64,000 nucleotides of DNA from a phage. Position 1 is the first letter of the stretch. Every line of letters starts with the position of its first letter. The stretch lies in sequence record PX104379.1; one strand, given 5' to 3'. Below are positions 34,357 to 44,302 of the stretch, one piece after another. A program made the position numbers and the translations under genes. The notes beneath the pieces are model-generated. The model had not been told where the DNA came from, did not search any database, and was given only the letters and a program-made list of their open reading frames with translations.

Positions 34357-34504
34357 TTTTTGAACCGATACAAGCGAATAATGATAAAACTACTAATGTC
34401 CCTTGAGCTATTGACTGTAAAAATACTGAAGTTTCTCCAGTTATTATTGTTTCGGCGAATAAAAAGGACCAACAGAAAAAGGCTATACCATGAACAAATT
34501 TCAT
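34349..34504 (-). CDS. ac: small membrane protein, 51 aa, in the ac position (acridine sensitivity)
   Basis: Hand translation MKFVHGIAFFCWSFLFAETIITGETSVFLQSIAQGTLVVLSLFACIGSKND; 51 aa as T4 ac; between stp and 52. Confidence 0.5.
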   Translation of the reverse strand: MKFVHGIAFFCWSFLFAETIITGETSVFLQSIAQGTLVVLSLFACIGSKND

Positions 34505-34511
34505 ATTTTCC

Positions 34512-34592
34512 TCACTGGCGTCCGAAGACGCCTTTAGTTTTAAGATTATTACGATAGAACTGCATCACATGTTCGTTATGGAAATTACTCAT
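34512..34592 (-). CDS. stp: Stp peptide, 26 aa (activator of the host PrrC anticodon nuclease)
   Basis: Hand translation [26 protein letters not shown] matches the T4 Stp peptide as I recall it; ATG overlaps the ndd stop. Confidence 0.8.
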
Positions 34593-35083
34593 TAATATGC
34601 CTGCAAAACAAATTTAAAGTTATCAGCCAACATACGGTTCATTTCTTCAAGTGTTTGATACTCAGAATGATGATTACGAGTAAACGCCAAAGCTAACTGA
34701 CCTTTACCAAATCCTGTCGTCAGAGGTTTCATCTTAGAAGCAGGCAGATAAAACACTGTGTATACTATATTGTTATTTGCAATAGTACGCGCAAGTTGAG
34801 ACCGGCGTTGACGAATATGACTTAGAACTGCGCTGAATCCTTGCTTAGAACGCTGATTACCCACATAAAATCGTGCAGATACGCATGAACCATCGAATTC
34901 ACTTACTAAAAAGTAAAATCCAGGTTTAGATAAAATATCTTTATGCGGAGTTCCCAAAAACCACTCACCACCCTTGATTGTACCAATAACAGTTGCGCCT
35001 GCATTGTTCAGATCAGTAACAGTCATATATTTCATATTAATTTCCTCTAAATTATTTTCTACTCCAAGGCCGCATGAATACAC
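34592..35083 (-). CDS. ndd: Ndd nucleoid-disruption protein (likely start at internal MKYMTVTDL)
   Basis: Recognised sequence [35 protein letters not shown]. Confidence 0.85.
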
Positions 35084-35095
35084 ACGGCCATTAAA

Positions 35096-35311
35096 TTAAT
35101 CGTCGCAGTCGACGCTCAATTCCCAAAACTCTTCTACAGTATAAGTTTCAGTATCATTTTCAATACAGAAACGTTCATTACTGTTATTTGCTAAAGTAGC
35201 ATTAACTGTCGGTTTCTCGCTAGTGCTCTTAAGAGGTGAAATACGAATTAACTGATCACCGTTATCTAAACAGAAAATTTCACCAACTTTTATATCTTTA
35301 AAGATTTTCAT
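35096..35311 (-). CDS. hypothetical protein, 71 aa
   Basis: ORF track. Confidence 0.5.
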   Translation of the reverse strand: MKIFKDIKVGEIFCLDNGDQLIRISPLKSTSEKPTVNATLANNSNERFCIENDTETYTVEEFWELSVDCDD

Positions 35312-35426
35312 AATTCACCTCAAGGAGTATAAAATCCGAATGCAGTTGTTGACCATCCCATCCAATATGGAAAATTTGCACCAATGTAAAACATAAGAAT
35401 ATAAAACCAAATGTTTAGTAAATTCA

Positions 35427-35624
35427 TCATTTTACACCATTCCAAATTGTTTCAACTACGGATTTTAAACCATTTTGATGAATATCCATTCCGACTACTG
35501 CCATCAAATAGATTCCAACTACAACTGAACCTAAGGCAAAAATCAGCATAAAAATGAATAAAACCGGAAAAATATTATCGAAAAACCATTCAATAAATGT
35601 AAAAGCACTGCGTTTACGCTTCAT
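35427..35624 (-). CDS. small membrane protein, about 65 aa
   Basis: ORF-track ORF trimmed to the Met preceded by a GAGGAAA Shine-Dalgarno; two hydrophobic helices. Confidence 0.5.
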   Translation of the reverse strand: MKRKRSAFTFIEWFFDNIFPVLFIFMLIFALGSVVVGIYLMAVVGMDIHQNGLKSVVETIWNGVK

Positions 35625-35631
35625 ATTTTCC

Positions 35632-35745
35632 TCACATAAATCCAAAGTAAACGTTTAATACATCAATCATTAAAACGATTGGGAATATACTCAAAACTAT
35701 TAGTATTATAACTACATTCCATATAGCTTTAACAATCTTTTTCAT
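35632..35745 (-). CDS. small membrane peptide, about 37 aa
   Basis: ORF-track ORF 35632..35880 trimmed to the internal Met preceded by GGAGG; an early promoter lies inside the longer ORF. Confidence 0.45.
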   Translation of the reverse strand: MKKIVKAIWNVVIILIVLSIFPIVLMIDVLNVYFGFM

Positions 35746-35769
35746 TTTCTGTTCCTCCGTAGTTGATAG

Positions 35770-35820
35770 GGTAATAGTACCACGGAAGAACAGTCTTGTA
35801 AACAGCTTTTTTAAAAATAT
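35770..35820 (-). promoter_or_regulatory. T4 early-type promoter
   Basis: Plus strand gtaatagtacc ... 16 nt ... tgtaaaca plus A/T-rich upstream tract. Confidence 0.45.
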
Positions 35821-35988
35821 TCGTAATAAATGTGAATACCAACCACTACCGCTGAAACCTGTGCAACCCACCACGCACAAGCAATAAGTACAGAATTCAA
35901 AATTTTCATAATAACCTCATCACAAAAGTAAATGTTAAACAAATTACTGGAATACTAATTAACCAAACAAAACACCACCATAATGAAC

Positions 35989-36270
35989 TCATAATTCAAT
36001 CTCAGCGATTTTCATTTCATTACTATTAATAGCCTCTTTAAGACTATCTGAAAGAATTACATTCCAGTGGTCATTCATATGACCATTAACTAAGCGTGTA
36101 ATTTCTTCAGGAGTTGAAAAATAAGGCTGATCAGACTCCCAATGCGATAATCCTAAGCGAGTATAAATCATGCCTTCATCATCGCTCGAATATTCAACTG
36201 ACACAAACTCATCAGTTATTTTATGTTTAGCGTAATAAAATTTAAATTTCATTTTATTCTCCAAATCCAT
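35989..36270 (-). CDS. hypothetical protein, 93 aa
   Basis: ORF track; early promoter upstream. Confidence 0.55.
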   Translation of the reverse strand: MDLENKMKFKFYYAKHKITDEFVSVEYSSDDEGMIYTRLGLSHWESDQPYFSTPEEITRLVNGHMNDHWNVILSDSLKEAINSNEMKIAEIEL

Positions 36271-36284
36271 ATCAGTTGATAGTT

Positions 36285-36335
36285 GTATAATACCACGGTC
36301 CTTGTGGTATGTAAACCGTTTTGTGAAAATTTTTA
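36285..36335 (-). promoter_or_regulatory. T4 early promoter
   Basis: Plus strand gtataatacc ... tgtaaaccgttttgtgaaaatttt; near-identical to the promoters at about 16240 and 32645. Confidence 0.5.
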
Positions 36336-36890
36336 AATGGAAAGATACCAGCCGTTGTAGTTGCTTTTTCTTACAACCTTACGAAGGTCTTCTCTATCAC
36401 CGATGAACTTCGGAGTGTACTGGATGACACCTGGATGAATTTCTTTAGTGTTGAATATAATTATACAGTCCGCGACCTGGTGATTTAGAATGGGCCCTAG
36501 ATTTATTCCAGAACCATATGGATACTCTCCGCTGCATCCCGTTGTTACCGAAATCCAACGCGAGTCAGTTTGATGTGTCTTAACTTCTACACGGAGCCCA
36601 CAGTATTTTGGATGTGCTAAAACATCCCATGCATACGTGTACGGATCATCGGCATCTTCTTGACCTTTGTTAACATATCCACTCAACCAATCTGCTACCA
36701 CATACTCGGCATACACAGCAATACGGCATCTTTCGATAACTTCTGCCTTATCCTGATTTGGATTTTGTTTTAAAGAGTATCTTGCAGTATCAGCAATTTT
36801 GGCCTTCATTTCACTAGTCAAGTCACTGTTAGATAGTGTAAATGACGGAATCTGAAATAGTCTCTGCAAACCCGGATTCGTTTTCTGCAT
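36333..36890 (-). CDS. denB: endonuclease IV (DenB)-like protein, 185 aa
   Basis: 185 aa as T4 DenB; located between ndd and rIIB (D region). Confidence 0.7.
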   Translation of the reverse strand: MQKTNPGLQRLFQIPSFTLSNSDLTSEMKAKIADTARYSLKQNPNQDKAEVIERCRIAVYAEYVVADWLSGYVNKGQEDADDPYTYAWDVLAHPKYCGLRVEVKTHQTDSRWISVTTGCSGEYPYGSGINLGPILNHQVADCIIIFNTKEIHPGVIQYTPKFIGDREDLRKVVRKSNYNGWYLSI

Positions 36891-36926
36891 TTAAACTTTC
36901 CTTTATGTCGAAATCATAATTTCTCT

Positions 36927-36952
36927 TAAAACAAAAGGGCCGAAGCCCTTAT
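36927..36952 (-). terminator. rho-independent terminator (AAGGGC-UUCG-GCCCUU plus U-rich run)
   Basis: Plus strand aaaacaaaagggccgaagccctt; same hairpin as at 37162. Confidence 0.6.
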
Positions 36953-37147
36953 TTATTTGAATTGTGCAATTCTTTTCTCTAAACATTCAGCATAAGATTT
37001 CATTGAGATGAACTGTGAAAGTAGCAGTTCTTGCTCAACTGCACTAACCGTTAGAAACTTTGTGCTTTCTAAAAATTTACTCAGTGCATTAATTTTGAGC
37101 ATTAATTGATCGTATTCTTCTTTTACTCGTGCTTGATAACCTAACAT
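36953..37147 (-). CDS. hypothetical protein, 64 aa (D-region ORF between rIIB and denB)
   Basis: ORF track; flanked on both sides by the same GGGCCGAAGCCC hairpin. Confidence 0.5.
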   Translation of the reverse strand: MLGYQARVKEEYDQLMLKINALSKFLESTKFLTVSAVEQELLLSQFISMKSYAECLEKRIAQFK

Positions 37148-37159
37148 AATTTTCCTTAG

Positions 37160-37178
37160 TTAAGGGCCGAAGCCCTTA
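37160..37178 (-). other. stem-loop overlapping the rIIB stop codon (same hairpin as at 36936, no U-run)
   Basis: Plus strand aagggccgaagccctt overlapping the TAA of rIIB. Confidence 0.5.
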
Positions 37179-38114
37179 TTTAAATTGTTCAGTAACGTCT
37201 TCAACTACTTCGTATTGGCAGGTACGCATTTTAGCATCGTTGTAATCAATCGGAATTGATACTACATCGCGTGGATGTACTTTAACTTTTACAACTCGGC
37301 TGGTTGAACCACCGAAGTGACGAATATAAGATTTAGAACACACATGCAGACCACGAGAACAAGTTTGTGTATCATCGTCATTCACACGAGTACGTGGCAT
37401 TTTAACTACTTTACCAGGACTGTTATCAAAGGTGTTTGAGTGACAGTCAAAGTAATTGCTGCGAACTACTTTCCAAGCATAGAAGTAACCATCTTCTGTA
37501 ATTTCAATATCGTTTGCTACCAAGAAATCAAAGAGTCGAGATACCGCTTTTTGGCTTGGGTTTTCCAGCAGATTTTCCAAGAACGGAAAATAAAATTCAA
37601 AGTTTTCGCCTTTTTCCATCGAGTCAAGAATACGATCAACCAAACCAGACCGCAATTCGATATTTTGATAGAACAAGCTTCCACCTTCAATTCGAACATC
37701 GCCGGAAATATATTTTTCAACAGCACGGCGAACATTAATTTTTTGTGCAGCTTCTTCCAGCTTATCCGCTACAAGCAGATTAAGAATTTCCTGGAAGTTT
37801 GAATGAGTATTAGGAGTTGCGTTATAAGTTACACCGTCAACAGTAATTGAAATGAATTTTTTAGAAGCATTCCAAATAATATCAGATTTAGCAACTGGAG
37901 CAATAACTGCATCGCTATTAACTTTAACTGTAATATCACCGCTAATAGTAACTTTAGAGCGTTTAGCTTCTTCAGCATTTTTCAAAACACGACGGATTGT
38001 GTCAACCGATACACCTTGCCAATCAGCCAATTCCTGTTGGGTGTAATTACCACTTGAATACAGTTTAACAATTTCAGCTTGTTCGTTTTTGGTCAGGCAT
38101 TTAATATTGTACAT
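37176..38114 (-). CDS. rIIB: RIIB protein, 312 aa
   Basis: 312 aa starting MYNIKCLTKNEQAEIVKLYSSGNYTQQELADWQG, recognised as RIIB. Confidence 0.95.
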   Translation of the reverse strand: MYNIKCLTKNEQAEIVKLYSSGNYTQQELADWQGVSVDTIRRVLKNAEEAKRSKVTISGDITVKVNSDAVIAPVAKSDIIWNASKKFISITVDGVTYNATPNTHSNFQEILNLLVADKLEEAAQKINVRRAVEKYISGDVRIEGGSLFYQNIELRSGLVDRILDSMEKGENFEFYFPFLENLLENPSQKAVSRLFDFLVANDIEITEDGYFYAWKVVRSNYFDCHSNTFDNSPGKVVKMPRTRVNDDDTQTCSRGLHVCSKSYIRHFGGSTSRVVKVKVHPRDVVSIPIDYNDAKMRTCQYEVVEDVTEQFK

Positions 38115-38125
38115 AATTTTCCTTA

Positions 38126-40303
38126 TTAGGCCGCAAGGGCCTTCATAGTTTTAGCGATTTGAGAAACTTCATCATCACTTAAAGAGTTGCGATATCCGAT
38201 GAAGTCGGAAACAATACGGAATTTCTTGGTAAACTCAGCAACCATTTTATCACTATTTTTTGAAGCATTATTTGATAATACATCAAAAAGATTAGTTACT
38301 GTCCAGATGTCATGACCGATGGTATCTTTTCCACCATTAAAATATACACCGCGCATTGAACTAACTATATTAGCGAGTCGTGTATATTCTTCAGAAACTT
38401 CATCTGTACTGAAGTACTTCATCATAAAATCTAGTTCAGGATGCTTGATAATTTTATCAATATATCGTTGAGCTGAACTTGAATAACCTACATACTTATC
38501 ATAATCTACATCATCAAAAGCATCTACATATAAATCACGCAAAGATTCAAAAATACATTGGCACTGACCGAGTTCTTTTACCTTTTTCTGTAAAAGCGGA
38601 CGAATAACATAAAATTCATTAATGCCAATAAGATTAGCCATACGAATCAAAATATTCATAGATGGATGACAAAGTGATGTAGTACCATCCATAGAGAAAA
38701 TATCAGAACGATGCATATACGCTACATAACCAGTAATTTCATCTGCTTCTGACGTGAGTGTAAATAGTTCCTCTTTTTCCCATCGCCCATCTTTAATTTC
38801 AAATTTAAATGCTGTAGCAGCTTTAGGACGAGGAGCTTTACTTTTAACTACCTTTGGAATATAGCTTTTAACCAAAGCTTCAATTTCTGACAAATAATGA
38901 ATGTTAACTTCATCACTTTCAAACATTGCCATAATATCAGGTAGTAAATCAATCTGCGATTCTACTTCCGGATTAATAAACAGAAGACGCTCATTGTGAT
39001 GAATATTTAAGGTGTTATTAAATTCACTATCATCTAATGCACGTGCTAATCCACGGACAATATTAACACGATTTTTAATATTATCAATAACAATATTAAT
39101 TTTTGTCGTATTAATACCAAACAGACGATAACTTGATGCAACGGCTGAAGTTTCATGACTTTGCTTAATACGCTTCAGTCGAGGGTCAAGATTTACTTCA
39201 TACACCACGCCTGCATTACATAACTTACTGTCAGGTTCAAACATGCTCTGCATTTTCTTATATGACAGATTTTTAGTCGTGAATTTGACTGAATTACTAA
39301 TCATATAATCTCGAGCAGAATACCCCATCTTCATCAATTCACGATATGTATGACGAGGAGATGTAGATTCTTTAAATCGTTTTACATCTTCATTAAATGC
39401 TTTCTCACTGAGTTCTTTAACTCGTTCAATGATATTTTTACGAGTGCGATCATCTAGTGAAAGAGCCTCGCGAGATGGAGCAATATCAAGTGAACCCATT
39501 GGAAACTTAATGTAATTCACTTCATTGCGAATGCTTAGCCAGTTACGGTCTCTAATAACACCATCGATAGGATAAACAATACCGCCATAGATAGCATATA
39601 ATCCACCACGATCAGGCCAGTATCTTTCTGGATTTACACCATAATAATCATCAAAATCAGGAAAATAATCAATTTCGCGGTCAAGACCATTAATGATAGC
39701 CAAATCTTTGAACGGTCGCATGATATAAGAAACTTCATAAGCAAAGTTTCTAAAGTCTTTTTCTTCAACTGGAACTACGATTTCAATACCAGTTTTATCA
39801 TTTGGACCCATTTCTTTTACGAATGTAGGTTTAATTTGTGGACCATCGCCATCCATGTAAGCTACATAACCACGAATTTCACCTTTATGATACGAAGTAA
39901 TACTAAACGTATCAGTATAACTAAACGGAGATTTAGAACCTAAACCAAATCCGCCAATGAAATCATTAGATTCAGCCTTAGATGAACTGAAGTATGAATT
40001 ATACAAACCAGGAGAATTATCATCACCCTGAATATCAAAATCACTCATACCGGGACCAAAATCTCGGCAAACAAATCGTGGATCTAAACGTCCAGGAACT
40101 TGAATGATAAATTTTTCAGGATTTCCATTGAGAGCATGGGCATCAATCATGTTGGTAATCAATTCACGGACTACTGCGCGAATTTTGTTTGTATACAAAT
40201 CAGATGACAGAATTTTAAATACTTTAGGATTTGCTGCGATGCTAAATGCTTTTGATTTAGAACCATTACCAAGAATTGTTTCTTTTTCAGTGGTGATAAT
40301 CAT
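38126..40303 (-). CDS. rIIA: RIIA protein, 725 aa
   Basis: 725 aa as T4 RIIA; N-terminal GHKL-type ATPase-like region. Confidence 0.95.
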   Translation of the reverse strand: MIITTEKETILGNGSKSKAFSIAANPKVFKILSSDLYTNKIRAVVRELITNMIDAHALNGNPEKFIIQVPGRLDPRFVCRDFGPGMSDFDIQGDDNSPGLYNSYFSSSKAESNDFIGGFGLGSKSPFSYTDTFSITSYHKGEIRGYVAYMDGDGPQIKPTFVKEMGPNDKTGIEIVVPVEEKDFRNFAYEVSYIMRPFKDLAIINGLDREIDYFPDFDDYYGVNPERYWPDRGGLYAIYGGIVYPIDGVIRDRNWLSIRNEVNYIKFPMGSLDIAPSREALSLDDRTRKNIIERVKELSEKAFNEDVKRFKESTSPRHTYRELMKMGYSARDYMISNSVKFTTKNLSYKKMQSMFEPDSKLCNAGVVYEVNLDPRLKRIKQSHETSAVASSYRLFGINTTKINIVIDNIKNRVNIVRGLARALDDSEFNNTLNIHHNERLLFINPEVESQIDLLPDIMAMFESDEVNIHYLSEIEALVKSYIPKVVKSKAPRPKAATAFKFEIKDGRWEKEELFTLTSEADEITGYVAYMHRSDIFSMDGTTSLCHPSMNILIRMANLIGINEFYVIRPLLQKKVKELGQCQCIFESLRDLYVDAFDDVDYDKYVGYSSSAQRYIDKIIKHPELDFMMKYFSTDEVSEEYTRLANIVSSMRGVYFNGGKDTIGHDIWTVTNLFDVLSNNASKNSDKMVAEFTKKFRIVSDFIGYRNSLSDDEVSQIAKTMKALAA
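38128..38143 (-). other. short stem-loop immediately after the rIIA stop
   Basis: Plus strand aggccgcaagggcct in the 12-nt rIIA-rIIB junction. Confidence 0.4.
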
Positions 40304-40313
40304 AATTTCCTCA

Positions 40314-40517
40314 TTAATTCATATTACGCTTAATAACTTCAGCAACTTCTAGTAGTTCGTCTTTAGTTGCGGTGTCGGATTGAATTTTATCTCTAATATC
40401 TTTAAAGCGGTTTTTAAATTCTTCGGCTTCTCCCATATCGAAAAAGCGTTGAATGATTCTATATTCTCGATGAACTGCTTTATCAAAAAGTTCTAAATTT
40501 ACTTTATATGATTTCAT
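40314..40517 (-). CDS. hypothetical protein, 67 aa (rIIA.1-like)
   Basis: ORF track; located between rIIA and gene 39. Confidence 0.6.
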   Translation of the reverse strand: MKSYKVNLELFDKAVHREYRIIQRFFDMGEAEEFKNRFKDIRDKIQSDTATKDELLEVAEVIKRNMN

Positions 40518-40539
40518 TCCAATATCCTCATTTGCCCAA

Positions 40540-40580
40540 TTAATTATACCACATCCTTGTGGTAAAGTAAACTACTGGCT
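40540..40580 (-). promoter_or_regulatory. T4 early-type promoter overlapping the gene 39 stop
   Basis: Plus strand aattatacc ... 16 nt ... gtaaac. Confidence 0.4.
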
Positions 40581-42392
40581 CATCCATTCTTTACGAAGAT
40601 CAGCATTATCTCCCATGAGCATTTCAAAAAGCTCTTTCCAGTTCTCAGGAAGTTTAACAACATCATATACCGGATTTTGAATCATCTCACGATATTCAGA
40701 TTTTTCCAAAGAGCCAAGTCCCTTAATATAACGGATGCTATGTTTAGGTAGAGCATCTTTAGCACTCTCATATTCAGCGACTGTATAAAACCATTCTTGT
40801 TTTTTACCGACCTGAGCGATGATTACAGGAGTTTTGACAAAGCGAATTCGTCCTTGCTCAAACAATTCTGGCCAATTACTAAAAAACCCGAGCAGAGAAG
40901 GATAAATGCTTCCTAAACCATCATGGTCAGCATCGGTCATAATAGCAATATTATGATAATTCAAGTTTTCAGCTTTTTCACCAAGAACTAATCCAGTGAT
41001 TGCGCAAATATCAAACAGTTCTTTGTTTTTAAGCATATCAGCATATGACATACCCCAACTGTTGAGAACTTTACCACGCAATGGATAACCACCATGAAGT
41101 TCTTTATCACGAACATCAATAAGATATCCGATAGCAGAATCACCCTCAGTCAAGAAAAGAGTAGTATCAGCATCTTTACCACAAAGATTCGCTTTGATAT
41201 GTTTATGAACCTTAGCTTTAGAAGCCTTTTTAGCTGCTTTAGTTTCTGCTGCTTTTTCTGCTGCCAATTTACGGGCCAAAGCAGCTTCAATAATCGGCAT
41301 TAAAATTGCTTCATTATTTAGAATAGCGCGTGAAATCTTTTTAGCATCAAGTTGAATATGACTACGAATTTCACCAAAAGGAGAAGTAAGTCGTTCTTTA
41401 GTTTGAGAATCAAATCGCATGTTTTTCATATCACGGACAAACATAACGATAGTCAAACATTCTTTAACGCGTGCTTTAGTTACATCAATTTTGAACTTAC
41501 GTTTGATTTGTGGAATAAGGTCTTCACAAATATCATCCATAACACAGTCAATGTGATGGCCACCATTCTTAGTGTGAATGTTATTCACATAAGTTAATTG
41601 GCGAAATCCATCCGGTGAACGACCAACCGCAATAGAACAATTTTCTTGTTCTTGAACAATAGCATGTTCATCATACTGTCGTGCATATTTCTTAAAATTG
41701 CCCTGAACCTTTTTACCATTAAAGGTAAATTGAATATCAGGATAAACAACAGCAAGTGTCTGGAGACGATCTAGTGTAATGTCAAGATAAACTTGGGACA
41801 GCTCATTAGTTTCAAATGACATAAAATCTGGAATGAAAGTAACACGAGTTCCTTTCCATTTTCCAGGAATAGTTTCCCAGGATTTATTTTCCATGCCATT
41901 TGAACAACGAACTACAATATTATTTTGACCATCGCCAGTTTCACCGACAAACATCACAGAAAAAATGTTAGTTAAACTAGAACCAACACCATTCATACCA
42001 CCGGTGACGCGTTCTTTATCATCACCGAAGTTACCACCTGCTTTTGGAATAGTCCAAGCAGCAACTGGACCAGGAATTTCTTCACCGGTAGGTGTTTTAA
42101 CCATCGCTTGTGGAATACCGCGACCGTTATCTTCAACTGTTACCTGATTATTTTTAATGGTAACATTAATTTTATTCGCGAATTTAAACTTAGTACGAAT
42201 ACCTTCATCGACTGAGTTATCGATAATTTCATCAATAAGCTTAACAAGACCAGGTACATACTGAACACTTTCCCATTTACCAAACAGAAAGCGCTCATGC
42301 ATTTCATTAGCAGAAGAGCCAATGTACATGCCACTACGCTTTTTGATATGTTCAATATCGCTCAGAATTTTAATTTCATTCTTAATCATCAC
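40572..42392 (-). CDS. 39: DNA topoisomerase II large subunit gp39 (GyrB-like), unsplit, 606 aa
   Basis: Single contiguous 606 aa ORF with ATPase and Toprim regions; no separate gene 60. Confidence 0.9.
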   Translation of the reverse strand: MMIKNEIKILSDIEHIKKRSGMYIGSSANEMHERFLFGKWESVQYVPGLVKLIDEIIDNSVDEGIRTKFKFANKINVTIKNNQVTVEDNGRGIPQAMVKTPTGEEIPGPVAAWTIPKAGGNFGDDKERVTGGMNGVGSSLTNIFSVMFVGETGDGQNNIVVRCSNGMENKSWETIPGKWKGTRVTFIPDFMSFETNELSQVYLDITLDRLQTLAVVYPDIQFTFNGKKVQGNFKKYARQYDEHAIVQEQENCSIAVGRSPDGFRQLTYVNNIHTKNGGHHIDCVMDDICEDLIPQIKRKFKIDVTKARVKECLTIVMFVRDMKNMRFDSQTKERLTSPFGEIRSHIQLDAKKISRAILNNEAILMPIIEAALARKLAAEKAAETKAAKKASKAKVHKHIKANLCGKDADTTLFLTEGDSAIGYLIDVRDKELHGGYPLRGKVLNSWGMSYADMLKNKELFDICAITGLVLGEKAENLNYHNIAIMTDADHDGLGSIYPSLLGFFSNWPELFEQGRIRFVKTPVIIAQVGKKQEWFYTVAEYESAKDALPKHSIRYIKGLGSLEKSEYREMIQNPVYDVVKLPENWKELFEMLMGDNADLRKEWMSQ

Positions 42393-42458
42393 TTATCCTC
42401 GTTTGGTTTCGGGAATATTATACTCCGGTAATCATAAAGCTAAAGGCCCGAAGGCCTT

Positions 42459-42728
42459 TTATTTAAAACGAATAGTTGAATCCTTAAAGAACAGCCCAGA
42501 ACATACTGTTCCTTCTACTTTCTGCCCGGTAGGTCCAATAGCACGAAATCCAGTATGTTGGAAATCATTTTCAGAGCAACCGAACCAGTTATATCCAGTG
42601 ATTTCAATATTAGTAAAACCACTTGAAGACAAAACTTTAGTTGCATTATCAGCATCAGTACATCCTACTAAAGACACTGCTAATACTAATGCTGCGATAG
42701 AACGATTAATATATTTCATAATTTTCAC
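42459..42728 (-). CDS. putative lipoprotein, 89 aa
   Basis: Signal peptide with lipobox LVGC. Confidence 0.55.
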   Translation of the reverse strand: MKIMKYINRSIAALVLAVSLVGCTDADNATKVLSSSGFTNIEITGYNWFGCSENDFQHTGFRAIGPTGQKVEGTVCSGLFFKDSTIRFK

Positions 42729-43102
42729 TTAAATTTAATGGCTTGAAGAAGACTAATAACTCTCAAGCGGCTTCTTTCATCTTTAACTGTAAAAGAAAGA
42801 GGATCGCCAGATTTCATAGTGATAGTGCATTCAAAATCAAAATCTTCTGTAACTTCTTCGAATAGGTCAAATTCTTCATCATAAATTAGAACATTACTCT
42901 GAAAACTGTGAAGAATTTTTCCATCATTTCCAGATGCTGTACTAATCATTGTGACATTATTACCTTTCATATCTTCAACGATAAATTCGCTTGTAGATAT
43001 TACATTACTAATAGAACCATTCCTATAAATAGCAGAAAATAGATATTTCTTTTCTTCACCTTCGCGAATGCGATATTTCTTACCGATTTTAAACATAATC
43101 AC
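42725..43102 (-). CDS. hypothetical protein, about 123-125 aa
   Basis: ORF track (GTG start in the table; ATG two codons later). Confidence 0.55.
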   Translation of the reverse strand: MIMFKIGKKYRIREGEEKKYLFSAIYRNGSISNVISTSEFIVEDMKGNNVTMISTASGNDGKILHSFQSNVLIYDEEFDLFEEVTEDFDFECTITMKSGDPLSFTVKDERSRLRVISLLQAIKFK

Positions 43103-43275
43103 CCTTTAAGTAAGTCGTAAAAACCACCATTCACATGCTTAGGAGCAGAAGGCCGACGAGTAGACAAACGATGACATTTAGGGCAAACATCATTTTCTCG
43201 TTCAGAAATCTTTTTAATTTTTTCATATTCATGCCCACAATCTTCGGATTGGCATTTATAATCATACATTGGCAT
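43099..43275 (-). CDS. small zinc-ribbon protein, 58 aa, hand-called
   Basis: Hand translation MPMYDYKCQSEDCGHEYEKIKKISERENDVCPKCHRL... with CxxC...CxxC; AAGGA Shine-Dalgarno. Confidence 0.45.
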   Translation of the reverse strand: MPMYDYKCQSEDCGHEYEKIKKISERENDVCPKCHRLSTRRPSAPKHVNGGFYDLLKG

Positions 43276-43277
43276 AA

Positions 43278-43697
43278 TTATTCCTTAAAGTGTGCTTTCA
43301 ACATCTGATACAAGGACCATGCATGTTCATTATTTTCAATAGTAACTTTCATGACTGGGAATTCTGTGAAATCTTCTATTTGTTCTTGCTCTTTCTCTTC
43401 CTGCTCTTCAGCTGCCTGGTATGGATTTTCCACTTCATCAAAGAACACAGCTTCACTCGTTGAAAGCCAAATAAAATCTTCATCCAAAATATCTTTACCA
43501 GAAGATAACGCCAATTTTCCACTAGATGTCACAAGTTTAGTAGGACGACCAAGATAGTCAATATCTGTAACTCTAAAAGGTTCCATACCAAGACGTCGTG
43601 CATAAATTCCGTTTTCGGTATGGTCCTTGATAAAATCTTCTTGAGCTTGTTTATTTTTAAATTGATACCATTTATTAACTTCAAATTTAATAGCCAT
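43278..43697 (-). CDS. hypothetical acidic protein, 139 aa
   Basis: ORF track. Confidence 0.55.
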   Translation of the reverse strand: MAIKFEVNKWYQFKNKQAQEDFIKDHTENGIYARRLGMEPFRVTDIDYLGRPTKLVTSSGKLALSSGKDILDEDFIWLSTSEAVFFDEVENPYQAAEEQEEKEQEQIEDFTEFPVMKVTIENNEHAWSLYQMLKAHFKE

Positions 43698-43912
43698 TAA
43701 TAAGTTTCCTTCCAGTAAGTTGTGCCATCTTCAGTAATTTCACGAAATACACCGTAAATTGGTTGTTTATCACCAACCTTTTCATACACATAAACCGAAG
43801 TCAAGTGAGTAAACTTAACGGTATGTTCTTTTTGAACTACTACCAAATCTGGATCGAATAATACATCTTCAAATTCGTCATTAGTGCAATTCTGAACAAT
43901 TTTACGTTTCAT
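43697..43912 (-). CDS. hypothetical protein, 71 aa
   Basis: ORF track. Confidence 0.5.
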   Translation of the reverse strand: MKRKIVQNCTNDEFEDVLFDPDLVVVQKEHTVKFTHLTSVYVYEKVGDKQPIYGVFREITEDGTTYWKETY

Positions 43913-43925
43913 TACAATTTCCTCA

Positions 43926-44207
43926 TTAATTGAACAGTGGAGCGATGCGTTTCAGAAGAGTAGCAGCACCTTTAGCGAATTTTACATCATGAAAAACAGT
44001 TTCTTCTTCCGTTATAACACGAGCTTTAATGTTTTCACAATCCCAATTTTTGCGAACAATCTTCAAAAGCTGCAGTAAATCTTTACATTCAGCAATATCG
44101 ATAACACATCCACGAGAATCTTCCATTATCGCACGATAACCATAAGCCATACCGTAATCGTTGAAAGATTGCTCGATGATAATTAAGTTTTCCATTTTAT
44201 TCTCCAA
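43926..44207 (-). CDS. hypothetical protein, 93 aa
   Basis: ORF track. Confidence 0.55.
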   Translation of the reverse strand: MENKMENLIIIEQSFNDYGMAYGYRAIMEDSRGCVIDIAECKDLLQLLKIVRKNWDCENIKARVITEEETVFHDVKFAKGAATLLKRIAPLFN

Positions 44208-44302
44208 GTTGTTTTCTGTATCAGTAGTTGATATTGATATAGTACCATAATCAACTACTGATGTATATAGTTTTATGAAAAAATTTTAAACTTTATGCAA
44301 AT

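Noticed and set aside
40304-42460. Gene 60 with translational bypass element and mobA
   Set aside because: Gene 39 is a single continuous 606 aa ORF and the flanks are fully occupied by other ORFs.
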